A stretch of DNA of 63,741 nt, the filler included, from Octopus bimaculoides (Eukaryota): the NCBI RefSeq assembly GCF_001194135.2. It is 4 parts of 4 records of this genome, joined end to end, with 100 filler letters (N's around TTAATTAATTAA, not from the genome) between each part and the next. Parts side by side here need not be neighbours in the genome. Positions count along the whole stretch, not along the records: positions 1 to 30,696 come from NC_068984.1; positions 30,797 to 57,600 come from NC_068989.1; 2 more parts are not named here. One strand, 5' to 3'. How positions within the stretch are numbered: the stretch's first letter is position 1; each line of letters starts with the position of its first letter. The notes beneath the pieces are model-generated. The model saw only the letters and a program-made list of their open reading frames with translations, ran no database searches and had not been told where the DNA came from. Position numbers and translations under genes: made by a program. Positions 22,685 through 34,675 of this stretch are shown piece after piece.

Positions 22685-23005
22685 TATGTGTGGCAAGTAG
22701 CTTGCTTACCAATACTAGTTGTCAAGCAGTGGTGGGATAAAAACAAAAGGCACCAAGACACACACACACACACTATGGGCTTCTTTCAGTTTCCATCTAC
22801 CAAATCCACTCAAATGGCTTTGGTTGGCTCAAGGCTATAGTGGAAGATACTTGCCCCAAGGTGCCATGCAGTGAGGACTGAACCCAGAACCATGTGGTTG
22901 GGAAGCAAGCTTCTTACCACACAGCCGTGCCAAAGGTACCACACACTGAAATTGAACCCAGAATGATATGGTTGGGAAGCAAACGTCTTAACCACACAGC
23001 TAAGT
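22685..23005 (-). mobile_element. SINE family A head with a tandemly re-duplicated 5' part
   Basis: CCAAGGTGCCATGCAGTGAGGACTGAACCCAGAACCATGTGGTTGGGAAGC is followed by a second CCAAAGGTACCACACACTGAAATTGAACCCAGAATGATATGGTTGGGAAGC. Confidence 0.8.
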
Positions 23006-23651
23006 CAGCTTCTTTGAGCTTATTCCCATATTATGCTTGAACCTCTTCTCTTCGATCAAATTCACCTTTTTTGTGTCCATTTACTGGTCAAAATATAACA
23101 ATAGACAGGAACATCCTGTTCCCTGTGCTTTTATTCTCTGCGTATTATAAATCCTTTTCCATCAACTTCCTGTTATTAGCTACATTTGGCTCAGGGTNNN
23201 NNNNNNNNNNNNNNNNNNNNNNNNNNNNNNNNNNNNNNNNNNNNNNNNNNNNNNNNNNNNNNNNNNNNNNNNNNNNNNNNNNNNNNNNNNNNNNNNNNNN
23301 NNNNNNNNNNNNNNNNNNNNNNNNNNNNNNNNNNNNNNNNNNNNNNNNNNNNNNNNNNNNNNNNNNNNNNNNNNNNNNNNNNNNNNNNNNNNNNNNNNNN
23401 NNNNNNNNNNNNNNNNNNNNNNNNNNNNNNNNNNNNNNNNNNNNNNNNNNNNNNNNNNNNNNNNNNNNNNNNNNNNNNNNNNNNNNNNNNNNNNNNNNNN
23501 NNNNNNNNNNNNNNNNNNNNNNNNNNNNNNNNNNNNNNNNNNNNNNNNNNNNNNNNNNNNNNNNNNNNNNNNNNNNNNNNNNNNNNNNNNNNNNNNNNNN
23601 NNNNNNNNNNNNNNNNNNNNNNNNNNNNNNNNNNNNNNNNNNNNNNNNNNN

Positions 23652-23688
<37 letters not shown>

Positions 23689-23728
23689 TATATGCACATA
23701 TACATACATATTAATATATATATATATG

Positions 23729-23772
<44 letters not shown>

Positions 23773-23809
23773 CACATATATACATGTGTGTGTATATATA
23801 TATATACAT

Positions 23810-23867
<58 letters not shown>

Positions 23868-24709
23868 GGAGAGAAGGAGAAGATTGATGTTCATGCACAC
23901 ACACACACATGTATGTACATGAATGCAATTATATTTTTTTGGCAGCCCTTCCTTGAGAAATTCTAAAATCTTATGACACAACTTCTTTTAGTTTGTTGGA
24001 AGAAAGAAAAGATCAAGGCAGGAGGCTTATTTTTCTCCTTTTTTGTATTTTTTTCACAGTGCATAAGATTCCTTTATCAGGATATGCTTGTTCTGAGGAT
24101 GATGATGGTGATGATGATGGTGTTGGTAGTGATGATGATGATGATGATGGTAGTGATGATGGTGGTGGTGGTGGTGATGGTGGTGGTGATGATGTTGGTA
24201 GTGGTGGTGATGATGATGATGATGGTGTTGGTAGTGGTGGTAGTGATGGTGGTGGTGATGAATATGATGATGACAATGATGTGAACAGTGGAAGAATCTG
24301 TTGAGCACCAGAATAAAAAGCATTATTTCTAGTATTAAGTCCGTTTACATTCTGAGTTCAAATAGCACTGACAGTGACTTAAATGTTTCTCTCATCCAGG
24401 AATGATAAAATAAATTCCAATCTGTTAGTGGAAATCAGTTCAATGGAAGACATACTTCCTGTCAAATTCCTGACTTTGTGCTAAACTTTAACGTACCTAG
24501 GGCTCCAAAGATGTATTTTATGTATATGAGATTAGGGCACTCAAAAACTAACTATTAATACATAATTCTTCACCATCGTTGCTAATGTAAATAATGTTAC
24601 TTGTCTTGTTTTCTATTTGTTTCTCTCATTTGTGTGCCCAACTTAATTTTTATATTTCATGTTGTTTATGTTTTATGACGTCTGGTACCCTTATATGCAT
24701 ATCTACATA

Positions 24710-24743
<34 letters not shown>

Positions 24744-24781
24744 TGTGCATATGCTTATATATATGTGTGTGTGTGTGTATA

Positions 24782-26222
24782 TCATCATCATCATTTAATG
24801 TCCGCTTTCCATGCTGACCAGGCTCCAATCTAATTTGGCAGAGTTTCTACAGCTGGATGCCCTTCCTAATGCCAACCACTCCGAGAGTGTAGTGGGTGCT
24901 TTTACATGCCACCAGCATGAAGGCCAGTCAGGAGGTACTGGCAACGGCCACGCTCAAAATGGTGTATTTTATGTACCACCTGCACAAGAGCCAGTCCAGT
25001 GGGACTGGCAATGAACTCACTCGAATGCCTTTTCACGTGCCAGGAAGGCGACGTTGGTAACGGTCACGCTCAAATGGTGCTATTTACGTGCCACCTGCAT
25101 GAAAGCCAACAGCTGGTGCTCTGGCAACAATCACGCTTGGACGGTGCTCTTAGTGATTTACTGGTGCTGGTGCCATCACGATTACGCTTTCGTTTGCCCC
25201 AACAGGTCTTTGCAAGCCGAGTTTAGTGTTCAATGAAGACGTTGGCATGGGTGCCAGTCTACAAATTTAGTTCGATTTCGATTTCACTTGCCTCAACAGG
25301 TCTTCGCAAGCAGAGTTTATTTTCCAAAGAAGGAATGTTACGCATAAGTGGGCTGGCTACATTCCTGGCAGAGGCCTGGATTTAGGTCTCACTTGGCTTG
25401 CCGGGTCTTCTCACGCACAGCATATTTCCAAAGGTCTCTGTCAGAAGTCATTGTCTCGGTGAGGCCTAAAGTTCGGAGATCGTGCTTCACCACCTCATCC
25501 TAGGTTTTCCTGGGCCTGCCTCTTCCACGGCTTCCCTCAACCCCTAGGATGTGGCACTTTTTCACACAGCTATCCTCATCCATTCTTGCCACATGTCCAT
25601 ACCAGCGCAATCGTCTCTCTTGCACACCACAACTGATGCTNNNNNNNNNNNNNNNNNNNNNNNNNNNNNNNNNNNNNNNNNNNNNNNNNNNNNNNNNNNN
25701 NNNNNNNNNNNNNNNNNNNNNNNNNNNNNNNNNNNNNNNNNNNNNNNNNNNNNNNNNNNNNNNNNNNNNNNNNNNNNNNNNNNNNNNNNNNNNNNNNNNN
25801 NNNNNNNNNNNNNNNNNNNNNNNNNNNNNNNNNNNNNNNNNNNNNNNNNNNNNNNNNNNNNNNNNNNNNNNNNNNNNNNNNNNNNNNNNNNNNNNNNNNN
25901 NNNNNNNNNNNNNNNNNNNNNNNNNNNNNNNNNNAGCAGAGATAAGAGCTCTCTGAACTTTGCCCAGGCTATTCTTATTCTAGCAGCTACACTTTCAGTG
26001 CACCCACCCCCACTACTAACTTGGTCACCCAGATAGTGGAAGCTATCAACTACCTCTAGTTTTTTCTCCCTGGAATGAGACAGAAGTTGTTTTCTGCATA
26101 TTTTCAATATTTATTGCACATGAACATCTGCTACATACAAAAACTAACTTCCTAGTTAACCTGCCTTTGATATTGCTGCACCTCTTATGTGTCCATAGCT
26201 TGCACTGGGTACATCTTATAAA
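24782..26222 (-). mobile_element. 5'-truncated RTE LINE (RT C-terminus, 3' UTR, (GAT)n tail), spans an N-gap
   Basis: CTQCKLWTHKRCSNIKGRL.../KLEVVDSFHYLGDQVSSGGG...IAWAKFRELL. After the gap, a decayed GRGRPRKT..VKHDL region, then the same 3' UTR as 21610-22004. Confidence 0.92.
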
Positions 26223-27853
26223 GTTTCTACCTATATACACACATATATATATATATATATATATATTCAAAAACTAGGGAATGGAGTAGATAAGATCTAA
26301 ATTATATATGTTTCATTGCTAGCAGAACTGTGGAAGTAGTAAATTAAATTATCCAAACAAGGGGTAGACTGCTAGCTACCCTTCAGGTCAAAGATACCCC
26401 AATTATAAGGAGTTTACACTGTCATTAGGAGATCCCATGTTGACTTGTTGGGGATTTGATCGAAATGCTCACTAACTTCCTACACCACGATGCTTGGATC
26501 TTACCATTGCACTCACACATATGTATGTGTGTATATTTGCGTGCGTGTGTGTGTGTATGTGTGTGTGTAATTGTTTCCCCTTAAATTTGTTGGTTTCTGT
26601 TCAATCAGGACTGACCTGGGGTTAAACAGCAACTGTTACATTACTCTGTATCGCCACTCGTAACACTGCTGAAAGACAGTCACACCTCGATATTTGATCT
26701 CTCTAAATATTACATAAAACTGTTTACTACCACATCAACAACAACAACTTTGATCAATAACAGTAACATTTTAATACCCTAACTAACAACCACAACAACC
26801 ACAGCAACAATAATAATGACAACAACAAATCAAAACTCAACAACAACAACAACAACAAGAACAACAACAATATATCTATAACTGATAAATAAATTGGTTG
26901 GACGAAAGATTAATTAAATGACTTTTGATATCTTTTTTTTTTTTACATATTGGTTGCTTTTAGCATTGTTGTTGTTATTGTTGTTTTCCATTTTTTCCTC
27001 CTTTAAATTGATTTCCTGATGGTGATGCTGGTAGTGGTGATAGTAGAAATAATAATGGTAGTGGCGATGCCAGTGGTGATGGCAAATTTGGTGGTCTCTC
27101 CTTTTTCTTTAAATTTGTTTATTGTTACTCGTAACGTCATCATCATCATCACCATCACTATCTTTATCAACAGCAGCAGCAGCAATAACAACAATAACAG
27201 TCTCTTCACTACCACCTTCTTCTCCTTCTTCTTCCACCAAAAACTGGTTTGCCTCTGGCAAAGTTAAGTACATTTGGGAGATGGAAATCTAAGCAAATTA
27301 TAACCCGAAGGACATATTTTAAACCTTTTGAATGTTATGGTTAAAGAAGAAATAACAGACGAAAACAGTTTCGAACAGAGGAGTGTTTTGTTTGTTAACC
27401 CTTTCAGAACTGTTCCATGGTGAAAATAAGCAACAGGATATATATTTTATGTTGAGAGAATCATGTGGAATACGAATTATTTATTCATCTATTTATTTAT
27501 TTAGATTTTGGTTTAGTTGGTTGCAATAGCATGAAGAATTTTCACCCATTGAAAGACAAATGTAAGATAGTGAGATATCGCAATACATTTTACTTCAGGG
27601 ATAAACAGAAATGCTTAAACACCACAAACAAAATGACAACAGTCAACCAATATTTATATCTTCACATAGAGCCTGACAGAAATATAGCAAATTTAATAAA
27701 ATACCACATCAACCTTTTTATATACAACTTATTGGGACAATAGTTTTATTTATCAGAACAGAACCAATTTCACCACAGGCTGATGGAAGATTATTACTGA
27801 TATAGTGAGGCTTCTGCTGAGTTCTGAGCCATAACTCTTAAATCCTAGTTCAG

Positions 27854-27912
27854 GATTGCCATCTAACTATATTGCCATGAAAGACAAAACCAGCTATGTG
27901 GAATTAACTAAG
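27854..27912 (+). CDS. Candidate 59-nt exon
   Basis: GTTCAG|GA...TAAG|GTATTA; open frame (G)LPSNYIAMKDKTSYVELTK. No homology recognised. Confidence 0.12.
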
Positions 27913-28094
27913 GTATTAATGAATATATGAACATGGTTTGACCAATCAAATCAGTTGGTGTGAGACCAAATAAATGATAGACTTGAAAGTAAGTTTTGAA
28001 AATTTTCCTACTAAATATTTCTGTCAAAGGTTCTAGAAGCTTCACATGTGGGTGGGAAGCAAGCTTCTTACCACATAGTCACTCCTGCACCTGT

Positions 28095-28328
28095 ATATAA
28101 ATATAAACAAAGTAGCATTTGTTTTTTTATAAGCATCAGAATGTGTATTGTAAGATACAAATAAGATGATGATTTATTTGTCAGCAGGCAGTTTAGCTCA
28201 GTGGTAAAGCACTTGGCCGGAGTCTTTAAGGAATGTGGGTTTGAGTCCCATGGCCGTTTTTTGACAAACAACTTACAATACACATTTCTATGCTTATAAA
28301 AGAACAAATATTTTGTTTATATTTATAT
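28095..28328. mobile_element. Inverted-repeat (MITE-like) element with an internal tRNA-like cassette
   Basis: Arms of about 60 bp: ATATAAATATAAACAAA...TTTTATAAGCAT..AATGTGTATTGTAAG and CTTACAATACACATT..ATGCTTATAAAA...TTTGTTTATATTTATAT. Confidence 0.8.
28187..28262 (+). ncRNA. tRNA-like Pol III cassette (not a functional tRNA)
   Basis: A-box TAGCTCAGTGG, B-box-like GGTTTGAGTCC, followed by T6 at 28257-28262. The anticodon arm and acceptor stem do not fold properly. Confidence 0.55.
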
Positions 28329-28414
28329 GCACATAGATGCAATATAATGTTATGGGATGTAATTACAAATAGACAAATAAGCATATATATATGTGTGTGT
28401 ATGTGTGTGTGTGT

Positions 28415-28577
28415 GACAGGCTTCTTTCAGTTTCCATTTTCTAAATCCACTCATGAGTTTTTGGTCAACCTGCGGCTATAATAGATGACGCTTGCCCAAA
28501 GTGCCATGCAGTGGGACTGATCTCAGAACTACATGGTTGGGAAGCAAACTTCTTACCGCACAGCCACATCTGCACCA
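28415..28577 (-). mobile_element. SINE family A head fragment
   Basis: Homologous to 22010-22176. Confidence 0.85.
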
Positions 28578-28629
28578 ATAACAATTTTAAATAATTTCAT
28601 GAAATATTATAATAATAATTATAATAATG

Positions 28630-28900
28630 AATTTGTTTTGCAAGATTCCTGAGGTGAAATCGTGTGTAGAAACAAGTATTGTTATATTTCAGGATGGTGA
28701 TTTTTTTCTTGTCAAATAAACACACACACAATATATTCATTCTTCACTTGTTTGTTACTGTTCTTATTTTATTTTCGTTGTCTGGAAATCTTTCATTACA
28801 CACCTATGACCTCTTCACAGACTTTCCTTCCCATGTGTCTCCTCCTGTTCTCTTTGGTCCATTCTGTATTTCTATGTTGTTGTATCCTTATCTGCTACAT
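28630..28900 (-). repeat. Older copy of the 16520-16750 repeat with a decayed hammerhead (28780-28822)
   Basis: Minus strand: GTCTG-TGAAGA-GGTC...-GAAA-GAT-TTC-CAGAC. Stem I GTCTG/CAGAC is kept and the core C is missing. Confidence 0.55.
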
Positions 28901-28965
28901 AAAAAAAATAATATTTGCTATGTTAAAATAATATATTTTGATATTCTTTATTCTCATACTCTTTT

Positions 28966-29200
28966 CCTTGTTTCAGTCATTTGGTTGCGGCCATGCTGGG
29001 GCACCACTTTGAAGGGTTTTAGTTGAACAAATCGACCCTAGGATTGATTATTCTTTCAAGCCTAGTGCTTGTTCTATCAGTCTCTTTGCTGAACTGTTAC
29101 ATTATGGGGGTGGGGGACATAAATACACCACCACAGGTTGTCAAGCTGTGATAGGGGACAAACAGACACAGAGATACACACACACACACACACACACATA
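28966..29200 (-). mobile_element. SINE family A tail fragment
   Basis: TGTTTCAGTCATTTGGTTGCGGCCATGCTGGGGCACC...AATCGACCC. Confidence 0.85.
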
Positions 29201-29390
29201 ACAAATTAAAAAGGGTGGCTTATTAGAAATTAGAACCTAAAGGCAAAATTAATAGAGTTTAACTCTTATCTTTAGCAAAAGCAGTGCTAGTCAGTACCCT
29301 CTCTCCCTTTCGTGACCTATGTGTGTGTGTGTGTTTGTCAACATTTTCTTTTTCTTTTGTCTTAGTCTTGATATCGCTTTCTCTTCTTAG

Positions 29391-29461
29391 AATTTAATCC
29401 AGCCAATGTGCAGACGAGTCCACAGATTGGACACAAAAGACGATTGTTAGACAAAGCATAG
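29391..29461 (+). CDS. Candidate terminal exon
   Basis: Long pyrimidine tract ending TTTCTCTTCTTAG|; frame (E)FNPANVQTSPQIGHKRRLLDKA*. Confidence 0.15.
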
Positions 29462-29620
29462 GTACAGGCATGGCTGTGTGGGAAGAAGCTTTCGTCCAAA
29501 CCTCATGGTCCCAGATTCAATCCCATTAAGCAAGTGTCTTAGGCAAGTGTTTTCTACTATAGCCTTGGGCTGACCAAAGCCTTGTGAGTTGATTTGTAGA
29601 TAGAAACTGAAGGAAGCCCA
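29460..29620 (+). mobile_element. SINE family A head fragment
   Basis: GGTACAGGCATGGCTGTGTGGGAAGAAGCTT...AGAAACTGAAGGAAGCCC. Confidence 0.85.
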
Positions 29621-30274
29621 TGATATATATTAAATGTATGTACATATTTATGTATGTGCATTTGTTCTCCCACTATCACTTGACAACTGATGTTGGTGTG
29701 TAGAGCAACAGACTCTATTAGTGTCGACCAAACAGAAAATATTGTCTACAAAGAAGTTTTGTAATCATATTGATATTATCAAAAGGAATGCAATTCATAA
29801 TCTAAATAAGGAAATTTGTGAACTTTGAATGTATAAGAGTATCAACAAGCCTAAAATAGTGTAAACAACTAATATAAAAGTATATCTAGATAACATTTTT
29901 TTCTTAATACTTGTTATGTAGAGGTCGAAGGGAGCTCTGGCTTTAATTAGAAGTGGTCCACATAGCCATTCATGATACAGAGGTTGGGAGCCTATTTCAG
30001 TTCGGGAGTGAATCGTCATCACATGTCACATAGTCGCAAACATGTCATATGGCTGCAATAGAATGCTGTATCACCAATAATAATGTGATTTCCCTAAGAC
30101 ATTACCCAGTAATCTATCCAGTCCATTTACACATTTCTCAATACATACTGTTGTTATGACTTTCAGCCCTCATCTTATGCCTCCATCATAGACGAGAAGA
30201 TTTGCTTGTTTAAATAGTTTAAATAAATAGTATTACATTTGACAGAGTAATCTGAATGCTGAATGGTTAATTTT

Positions 30275-30430
30275 GTGGCTATGTGGTAAGAAGCTTGCTT
30301 CTCAATCACATGGTTAGGAGTTCAGTTCCACTGAGTGGCACTTTAGGCACATGTCTTCTAGTATAGCATTGGACTGATCAAAGCTTTGTGAGTGAATTTG
30401 GTATATGGAAACTGAGAGAAGAATGTCACA
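30275..30430 (+). mobile_element. SINE family A head fragment
   Basis: GTGGCTATGTGGTAAGAAGCTTGCTT...GGAAACTGAGAGAAG. Confidence 0.85.
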
Positions 30431-30455
30431 TATGTATGTATATATAAATATACAT

Positions 30456-30491
<36 letters not shown>

Positions 30492-30531
<40 letters not shown>

Positions 30532-30696
30532 GTTTAACGTCCGCTTTCCATGCTAGCATGGGTTGGACGATTTGACTGAGGACTGATGAAACCGGATGGC
30601 AACACCAGGCTCCAATCTGATTTAGCAGAGTTTCTACAGCTGGATGCCCTTCCTAACGCCAAGCACTCAGAGAGTGTAGTGGGTGCTTTTACTTAG
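30492..30696 (-). mobile_element. RTE 3' end with (GAT)n tail, cut by a gap
   Basis: (CAT)n-CGTTTAACGTCCGCTTTCCATGCTAGCATGGG...CAGCTGGATGCCCTTCCTAACGCC, the same family as 21610 and 24782. Confidence 0.9.
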
Positions 30697-30796
30697 NNNN
30701 NNNNNNNNNNNNNNNNNNNNNNNNNNNNNNNNNNNNNNNNTTAATTAATTAANNNNNNNNNNNNNNNNNNNNNNNNNNNNNNNNNNNNNNNNNNNN
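30697..30796. other. Assembly gap spacer: N44-TTAATTAATTAA-N44 (same 12-mer in gaps at 57645-57656 and 61651-61662)
   Basis: An identical 12-mer with stops in all six frames is centred in N runs, indicating an artificial join. Confidence 0.9.
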
Positions 30797-31635
30797 TCAT
30801 CACCACCACCTCCACCGCCACCACTATCAACAACATAGCATTTATCATTAATGCAAACAAGTACATAGACATCTCCGTGTCGTTACTATCTCCACCCACA
30901 CCACCACCATCAGAAAGCACCCGTCTTCGGCATCAGCAACAGCAGCGGCACCACCGCCACCATCACCTAAGCAACTGCTACCATTACTATAACGGCGACC
31001 AACATCATCACCACGACCACCACTACCACCACTACAACTGTGATCGCCATCATCACCACCACTACAACGGTGACTACCATCATCATCATCACTACCACCA
31101 ATACCACTATCACCAGCGCCACCACCTCTACAACGGCGATCACTATCATCACCACAATCACCAACACCACCAGTACCACACATAATACACTTGGCCTACT
31201 CTTCCAGTTTATTCGCAAGACTAAAAAACAAGCAACAGCTAAATATAAACACAGTTGAGATGTCGCCATTTTTAATATTTTTCATTTCCACCATTTTTGT
31301 TGCCGTCGCTCCTTCTATAGATGTTGTTATTTCTCTTGTTATACTCATCATTATCGTGTTGTTATTTATTATTGCTATAATTGATGTCATTTTGTTGTTG
31401 CTGTTGTTGCTGTCATATTCATCCATTTTATGTTGTTCTTGTATTTACATGTCGGTAATTGCAGCGATTTTGAATTCCATATCTATAGGAAGAAAGTTTA
31501 GACTAGATAAACGCGCAAAAATATATATTACATATGTATGATTTTGCTTGAGGTTTTCGTAATTTCTGTTTAAGAGAGTCCAAGCCATTCACTGAGAATG
31601 CGACAAGAAAGTTTGAGTTAAGAGAGCTTCCGATA

Positions 31636-31724
<89 letters not shown>

Positions 31725-32083
31725 NNNNNNNNNNNNNNNNNNNNNNNNNNNNNNNNNNNNNNNNNNNNNNNNNNNNNNNNNNNNNNNNNNNNNNNNNNNN
31801 NNNNNNNNNNNNNNNNNNNNNNNNNNNNNNNNNNNNNNNNNNNNNNNNNNNNNNNNNNNNNNNNNNNNNNNNNNNNNNNNNNNNNNNNNNNNNNNNNNNN
31901 NNNNNNNNNNNNNNNNNNNNNNNNNNNNNNNNNNNNNNNNNNNNNNNNNNNNNNNNNNNNNNNNNNNNNNNNNNNNNNNNNNNNNNNNNNNNNNNNNNNN
32001 NNNNNNNNNNNNNNNNNNNNNNNNNNNNNNNNNNNNNNNNNNNNNNNNNNNNNNNNNNNNNNNNNNNNNNNNNNNNNNNNNNN

Positions 32084-32139
<56 letters not shown>

Positions 32140-32599
32140 CATATTCGTATATTAGTTCAAGTTATGCCTTTGTGAACAACAGAGTTTCATAGTTATAGAT
32201 TTTGTACGGGTCAGTTTCCGGTTCACCGTTTTTCTTATATGGAGAGTAACAAGATATTTGTGCACTCAACCACTACAATGCCTCTATGACACTGTTTAGA
32301 AGTTTCTTTCCAATGTCTTATTGACGTGTTCAGATAGCGCAAGACAAGTTCTTCGCGTTGGTTATTGACAGAAGTTGGGCACGCATAAATATCCTGCGCG
32401 TTTTCAAAATCGCATATTTAACACAGAAGAAGTAAAGTATTAATTGAAACGCCTTGGAAGTGGAGTAGTTTTTTTTTCCTTATTGTAATCTTGTAAGCAT
32501 CAAACAGCAATGCCAGACTTAGTTTGGAGAGTCTCTTCCTGTTTCCCATTCCCACCTATCCTCTATTTATGCATATATCTATTATCTTTTGCGGTCGGT

Positions 32600-32785
32600 T
32601 ACTAGGCAGCGGTCATGCTGGGGCACCGCCTTGAGAGACTTTAGTCGAACGAATCGACCCCAGGACTATTTCTCCTTTAAAGAATGGTATTTATTCTATT
32701 GGTGTCTCTGGCCGAACTCTTAAGTCACGTGAAGTAAACACCACAATACCGGTTGTTAAGTGGTGATCGGAGACAAACATAGAGA

Positions 32786-32800
<15 letters not shown>
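32600..32800 (-). mobile_element. SINE family A tail fragment
   Basis: GCGGTCATGCTGGGGCACCGCC...AATCGACCCCAGGAC...GCCGAAC. Confidence 0.85.
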
Positions 32801-32823
<23 letters not shown>

Positions 32824-33018
32824 NNNNNNNNNNNNNNNNNNNNNNNNNNNNNNNNNNNNNNNNNNNNNNNNNNNNNNNNNNNNNNNNNNNNNNNNNNNNN
32901 NNNNNNNNNNNNNNNNNNNNNNNNNNNNNNNNNNNNNNNNNNNNNNNNNNNNNNNNNNNNNNNNNNNNNNNNNNNNNNNNNNNNNNNNNNNNNNNNNNNN
33001 NNNNNNNNNNNNNNNNNN

Positions 33019-33054
<36 letters not shown>

Positions 33055-33107
33055 ACAACATCGAAATATACCTTAGGAATGAGAACCCAAGTTCGAAATT
33101 TCCCCAA

Positions 33108-33153
33108 GACACCTGATGGAGGCTGGAGGGTATATCAGCCGAAACGTTGTGTT
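33108..33153 (+). ncRNA. Minimal type I hammerhead ribozyme motif with one extra core nucleotide
   Basis: GACAC-CTGATGGA-GGCTG(GAGGGTATAT)CAGCC-GAAA-CG-TT^GTGTT: 5-bp stem I, perfect 5-bp stem II and a palindromic AACGTT stem III. Confidence 0.6.
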
Positions 33154-34137
33154 AATAACAAACAAGATGAGGACAAATATTCGTCAAATGTAAATACTGT
33201 AAATAATCTACATAATTCCTCGTCTCCTAAATATAGAACTGATTTATTTTCTTGTAAACATGCTTCTAATACATTTCCGAATGGTTTAATATTTTTTAAT
33301 CAATAATACCAAAATCAATTTTCACTTTTCTCTGTGATGTTACACCTCACATCTATTTTGTTATTTTTCTCACCTCTAGTAAAAGAAGTAATACTTAGAC
33401 GATTATGCATGCCTACATACATTCAAATACGCCGTTTATTCCCTTACAGCAATATATTTTTCAATATACTTTAACGAAATTATTCGCATGTATATTTAAT
33501 TCGATACATTTAATGTAATTACTTTATTCTACGCGGGTTTTTAGCCCCACTCACAAAATTTCTACACATATTTTCACCGGAATTATCTCATGTCTGAATC
33601 TCATATTTTTATAATTATCGCCATCAAACCAATATACATTTTTAATATATTCTGTTTGCAATTTAATCTCATGCATACTTAATTTAGTAACTTTAATAAC
33701 AAATAAGGCCTTTTCCTTGTACAAGTGCAGCCATTCTGTACACATTTATTATTTAATATTTTTTCACCCGCTGTTGTTAAACTACATCATCCCAACCCCA
33801 TATCGATCTTTTTTGTAAGGATGTTTTCAAAATAACAAACAAGGGCATTACGTATTGCAGTTTCGGTATCAGAATTCAATCAAAATTTGTTATCAATTTT
33901 GAATATTTTTTCTGCATGATGTCTCGAATATGTTTTCTTTCTTTTGTTCTGTTCTGAACTAACGTTCGGAGACCGGAAATGGGGAATTTGATTAAAGATT
34001 TTTGAAATTTTCAGCAGTTAATAAATACGATATCAACATGTTTACATTCTCCATTGAATACTACTTTAACTAGTTCATGATTACAGCTATACTAATATTC
34101 TCATGTACACGCACATACCCAGAGACGTATCTCTCTG

Positions 34138-34177
<40 letters not shown>

Positions 34178-34178
34178 C

Positions 34179-34240
<62 letters not shown>

Positions 34241-34499
34241 ATCTATATCTGTAATATATATATATGTACATACACATACGAAAACAAACAAATTATATGC
34301 ACTTATGTGTGTATACTTCACACATACACATATATGCTCAGAAGCTGTGCTGAAAAAGTTACATCATAACCAAATGCTTTTTATTCGAACCAAGTGCAAG
34401 TAAAATTTCGCATGTGGTTTTCTCCGAAATCTCAAGTTGCACAATATTTTGTGTGTGGAAATTGACAATTAATTACTAAAGACACAAGGCCTGAAATAT

Positions 34500-34675
34500 T
34501 GTGGGAGGGGGGGGGGCAATTCGATTACATCGACCTGAGTACGAAGCTAGTAATTATTTTATCGCCCACGAAAGGATGAAAGGCAAAGTCGACCTCGGAG
34601 GAATTTGGACTCGGAGCGAAAAGCCGAAAGAAATGCCACAAGACATTTTTGTCCGACGCGCTAACGATTCTGCTA
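34500..34675 (-). mobile_element. SINE family B
   Basis: Reverse complement: AGAATCGTTAGCGCGTCGGACAAAA...CCGAGGTCGACTTTGCCTTTCATCCTTTCG. Confidence 0.85.

Noticed and set aside
30741-30752. TTAATTAATTAA motif recurring three times (also 57645 and 61651)
   Set aside because: It is always centred in an N-run of about 100 bp and has stops in all six frames: an assembly spacer, not a biological motif.
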